DNA from: Octopus vulgaris
Lineage: Eukaryota
Length of the DNA: 64,000 nt
Assembly (NCBI GenBank): GCA_951406725.2
Contig: OX597817.1
Location: 57,536,001-57,600,000, forward strand
Reading direction: 5' to 3'
In this document: positions 62,421 through 64,000 of the stretch, one piece after another
Position numbering within the stretch: position 1 is the stretch's first letter
How the letters are laid out: each line of letters opens with the position of its first letter
Notes under the pieces: generated by a model
Databases searched by the model: none
Told to the model about the DNA's origin: nothing
Seen by the model: only the letters and a program-made list of their open reading frames with translations
Made by a program: the position numbers and the translations under genes

Positions 62421-63249
62421 CAATTAACACTGACCTAGACTAAAACAACACTCATAAAACAAATTGCACTTAAACTGGGTTGACTTCATCTTGTTTTCTT
62501 TTATCGCTCAAGTATTTTTCCAGTGATAAGAAGTGTCTCACACATTCCTCATTCCTCACAGTATCACTGCTTTCATGTATTAAATTAATTTATTGCTGAA
62601 TAACAGCATCATTGGTTATAGGTCTCTAGTGGGCCAGTCTTTGGCTGGATGCATTTACGATGGGCAGAATGACAGGGGGACTGTCTGAGTGTCTGTAACT
62701 CAATGCAGAACAAATATAACAAGGACTTCATTCAAAAAGCACAGGTTTTTTTACTGCTGTTCTTTTTAGTTTCCTTGCTGATGTTTATATCCTTTAGTAA
62801 AACACACACACATACAAACACATATGTACATGCTTGTATGTGTGTGTGGGTGTAAGTGCCTCAGCATAGAAGATTGTCATGTGTATGTCCATGTATCCGT
62901 GTGTCCCACATACTACTTGACAACCAGAGTGGGTTTCTTCATATCCTCATAACTTAGCAGTTTGACAAGAGACTGATACAGTAAGTGGCAGACTTAAAAA
63001 AGATAATAATGCCCAGGGGTTGATTTGTTCAACTAAAACCCCCACCAAGGTGGTGCTCCAGAATGGCCACATGCCAATGATTGAAACAAGTAAAAAAAGA
63101 TGGCAGTCCTAGAAAATGGCACAGTCTATCTACTTGTAGCCAAATCTGACACTCCTGCTGTAGAGACAGACAACAGAAAAAAACAAAACATCAACAGTAA
63201 ATTTAAATTCATATATTCTCTCTTATCCACCCCAATATCACATGACTAC

Positions 63250-63608
63250 TGTGGTGGTGATGGTGGCAGTGGTGGTTGTGGAGGTGGTTGTGGAAGTGGT
63301 GGTGATGGCAACAATGGCAGCAGTGCTGGTGGTGGTTGTTGCTGTTGTGGTGGTGGTACTGCTGCTGCTGCTGGTGGCGGTGGCTATTGTGGCAGTGCTG
63401 ATGGCTGTTGTGGTAGTGGTAGTGGTGGAGGTGGTTGTGGTGGAGGTGGTTGTGGTGGCAGAGGTGCTGGCAGTGGAGATGATGGTGGTGTTGGTTGTTG
63501 TGGAGGTGGTGGTGATGGTGGCAGCAGCAGTAGTGGAGGCAGTGGCTGTGGTGGTGCTGGTGGCAGTGGTGGAGGTGGTGGTGGCTGTGGTGGTAGTGAA
63601 GGTGGTGT
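63250..63608. repeat. Degenerate (GGT)n trinucleotide tract (similar tracts at 243-545, 19793-20065, 52975-53205)
   Basis: Read directly. Confidence 0.9.
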
Positions 63609-64000
63609 AATATGTAGGACAGTCAGGGATAAATTAGATTTCTTATAATTTGTTAGTCAGAAAAGGTAGAGGTGTTGTACTGATGACTTTTGCAGGTAAC
63701 TCCAAAGGTGTGTTGGGGGTGGAATTTTTTTTTGGGGGGGAGGGGGGTAAAGTTTGACACTGTAAATAACAGACTATAATGCAATTTTGGAGGCAATGTG
63801 GTAAATTTCAGCAGTGAAGGTCTTGTCATATGGGGCTGTGTGTGTGTGTGTTGTGGGAGGGGGGCATGTATGTGAGTGTGTGTATATGTGTGTTTGTGTC
63901 TGTGTGTTTGTATGTGTGTGTTTGTAAGTGTGTGTGTATGCATATGTGTGTTTGTGTGTCTGTTTTTGTGTGTGCGCATGTGTGCACAACTGTACAAGTA

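Noticed and set aside
63100-63648. 182-aa Gly/Cys-rich ORF resembling a structural protein
   Set aside because: It starts at a SINE tail and is a degenerate (GGT)n tract open in several frames. Similar tracts recur across the window.

Overview
AT-rich, microsatellite- and SINE-saturated animal genomic DNA, not prokaryotic. The SINE set and repeat landscape look like an octopod cephalopod (inference from recall, not a search). I can support one host gene, on the minus strand: an OSBPL1A/ORP1L-like oxysterol-binding protein. Eleven GT-AG coding exons (40089 down to 6366) join in phase into 1137 nt / 379 codons encoding ankyrin repeats, a PH domain and the start of the post-PH region. The FFAT/ORD exons are not seen and probably lie left of position 1. 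The rest is intronic or upstream TE material: at least four SINE families, 3' fragments of R4/Dong-type, RTE, CR1 and Tx1/L1 LINEs, a decayed MULE transposase, and hAT and piggyBac MITEs. The most striking non-genic signal is a set of hammerhead-ribozyme (HHR) motifs from about six different sequence families, several inside Penelope-type inverted repeats. One family joins a Penelope-like ORF tail, a tRNA-like module and an HHR. All intact cores lie antisense to the host gene. Nearly all ORFs in the supplied track are microsatellite or SINE artefacts.
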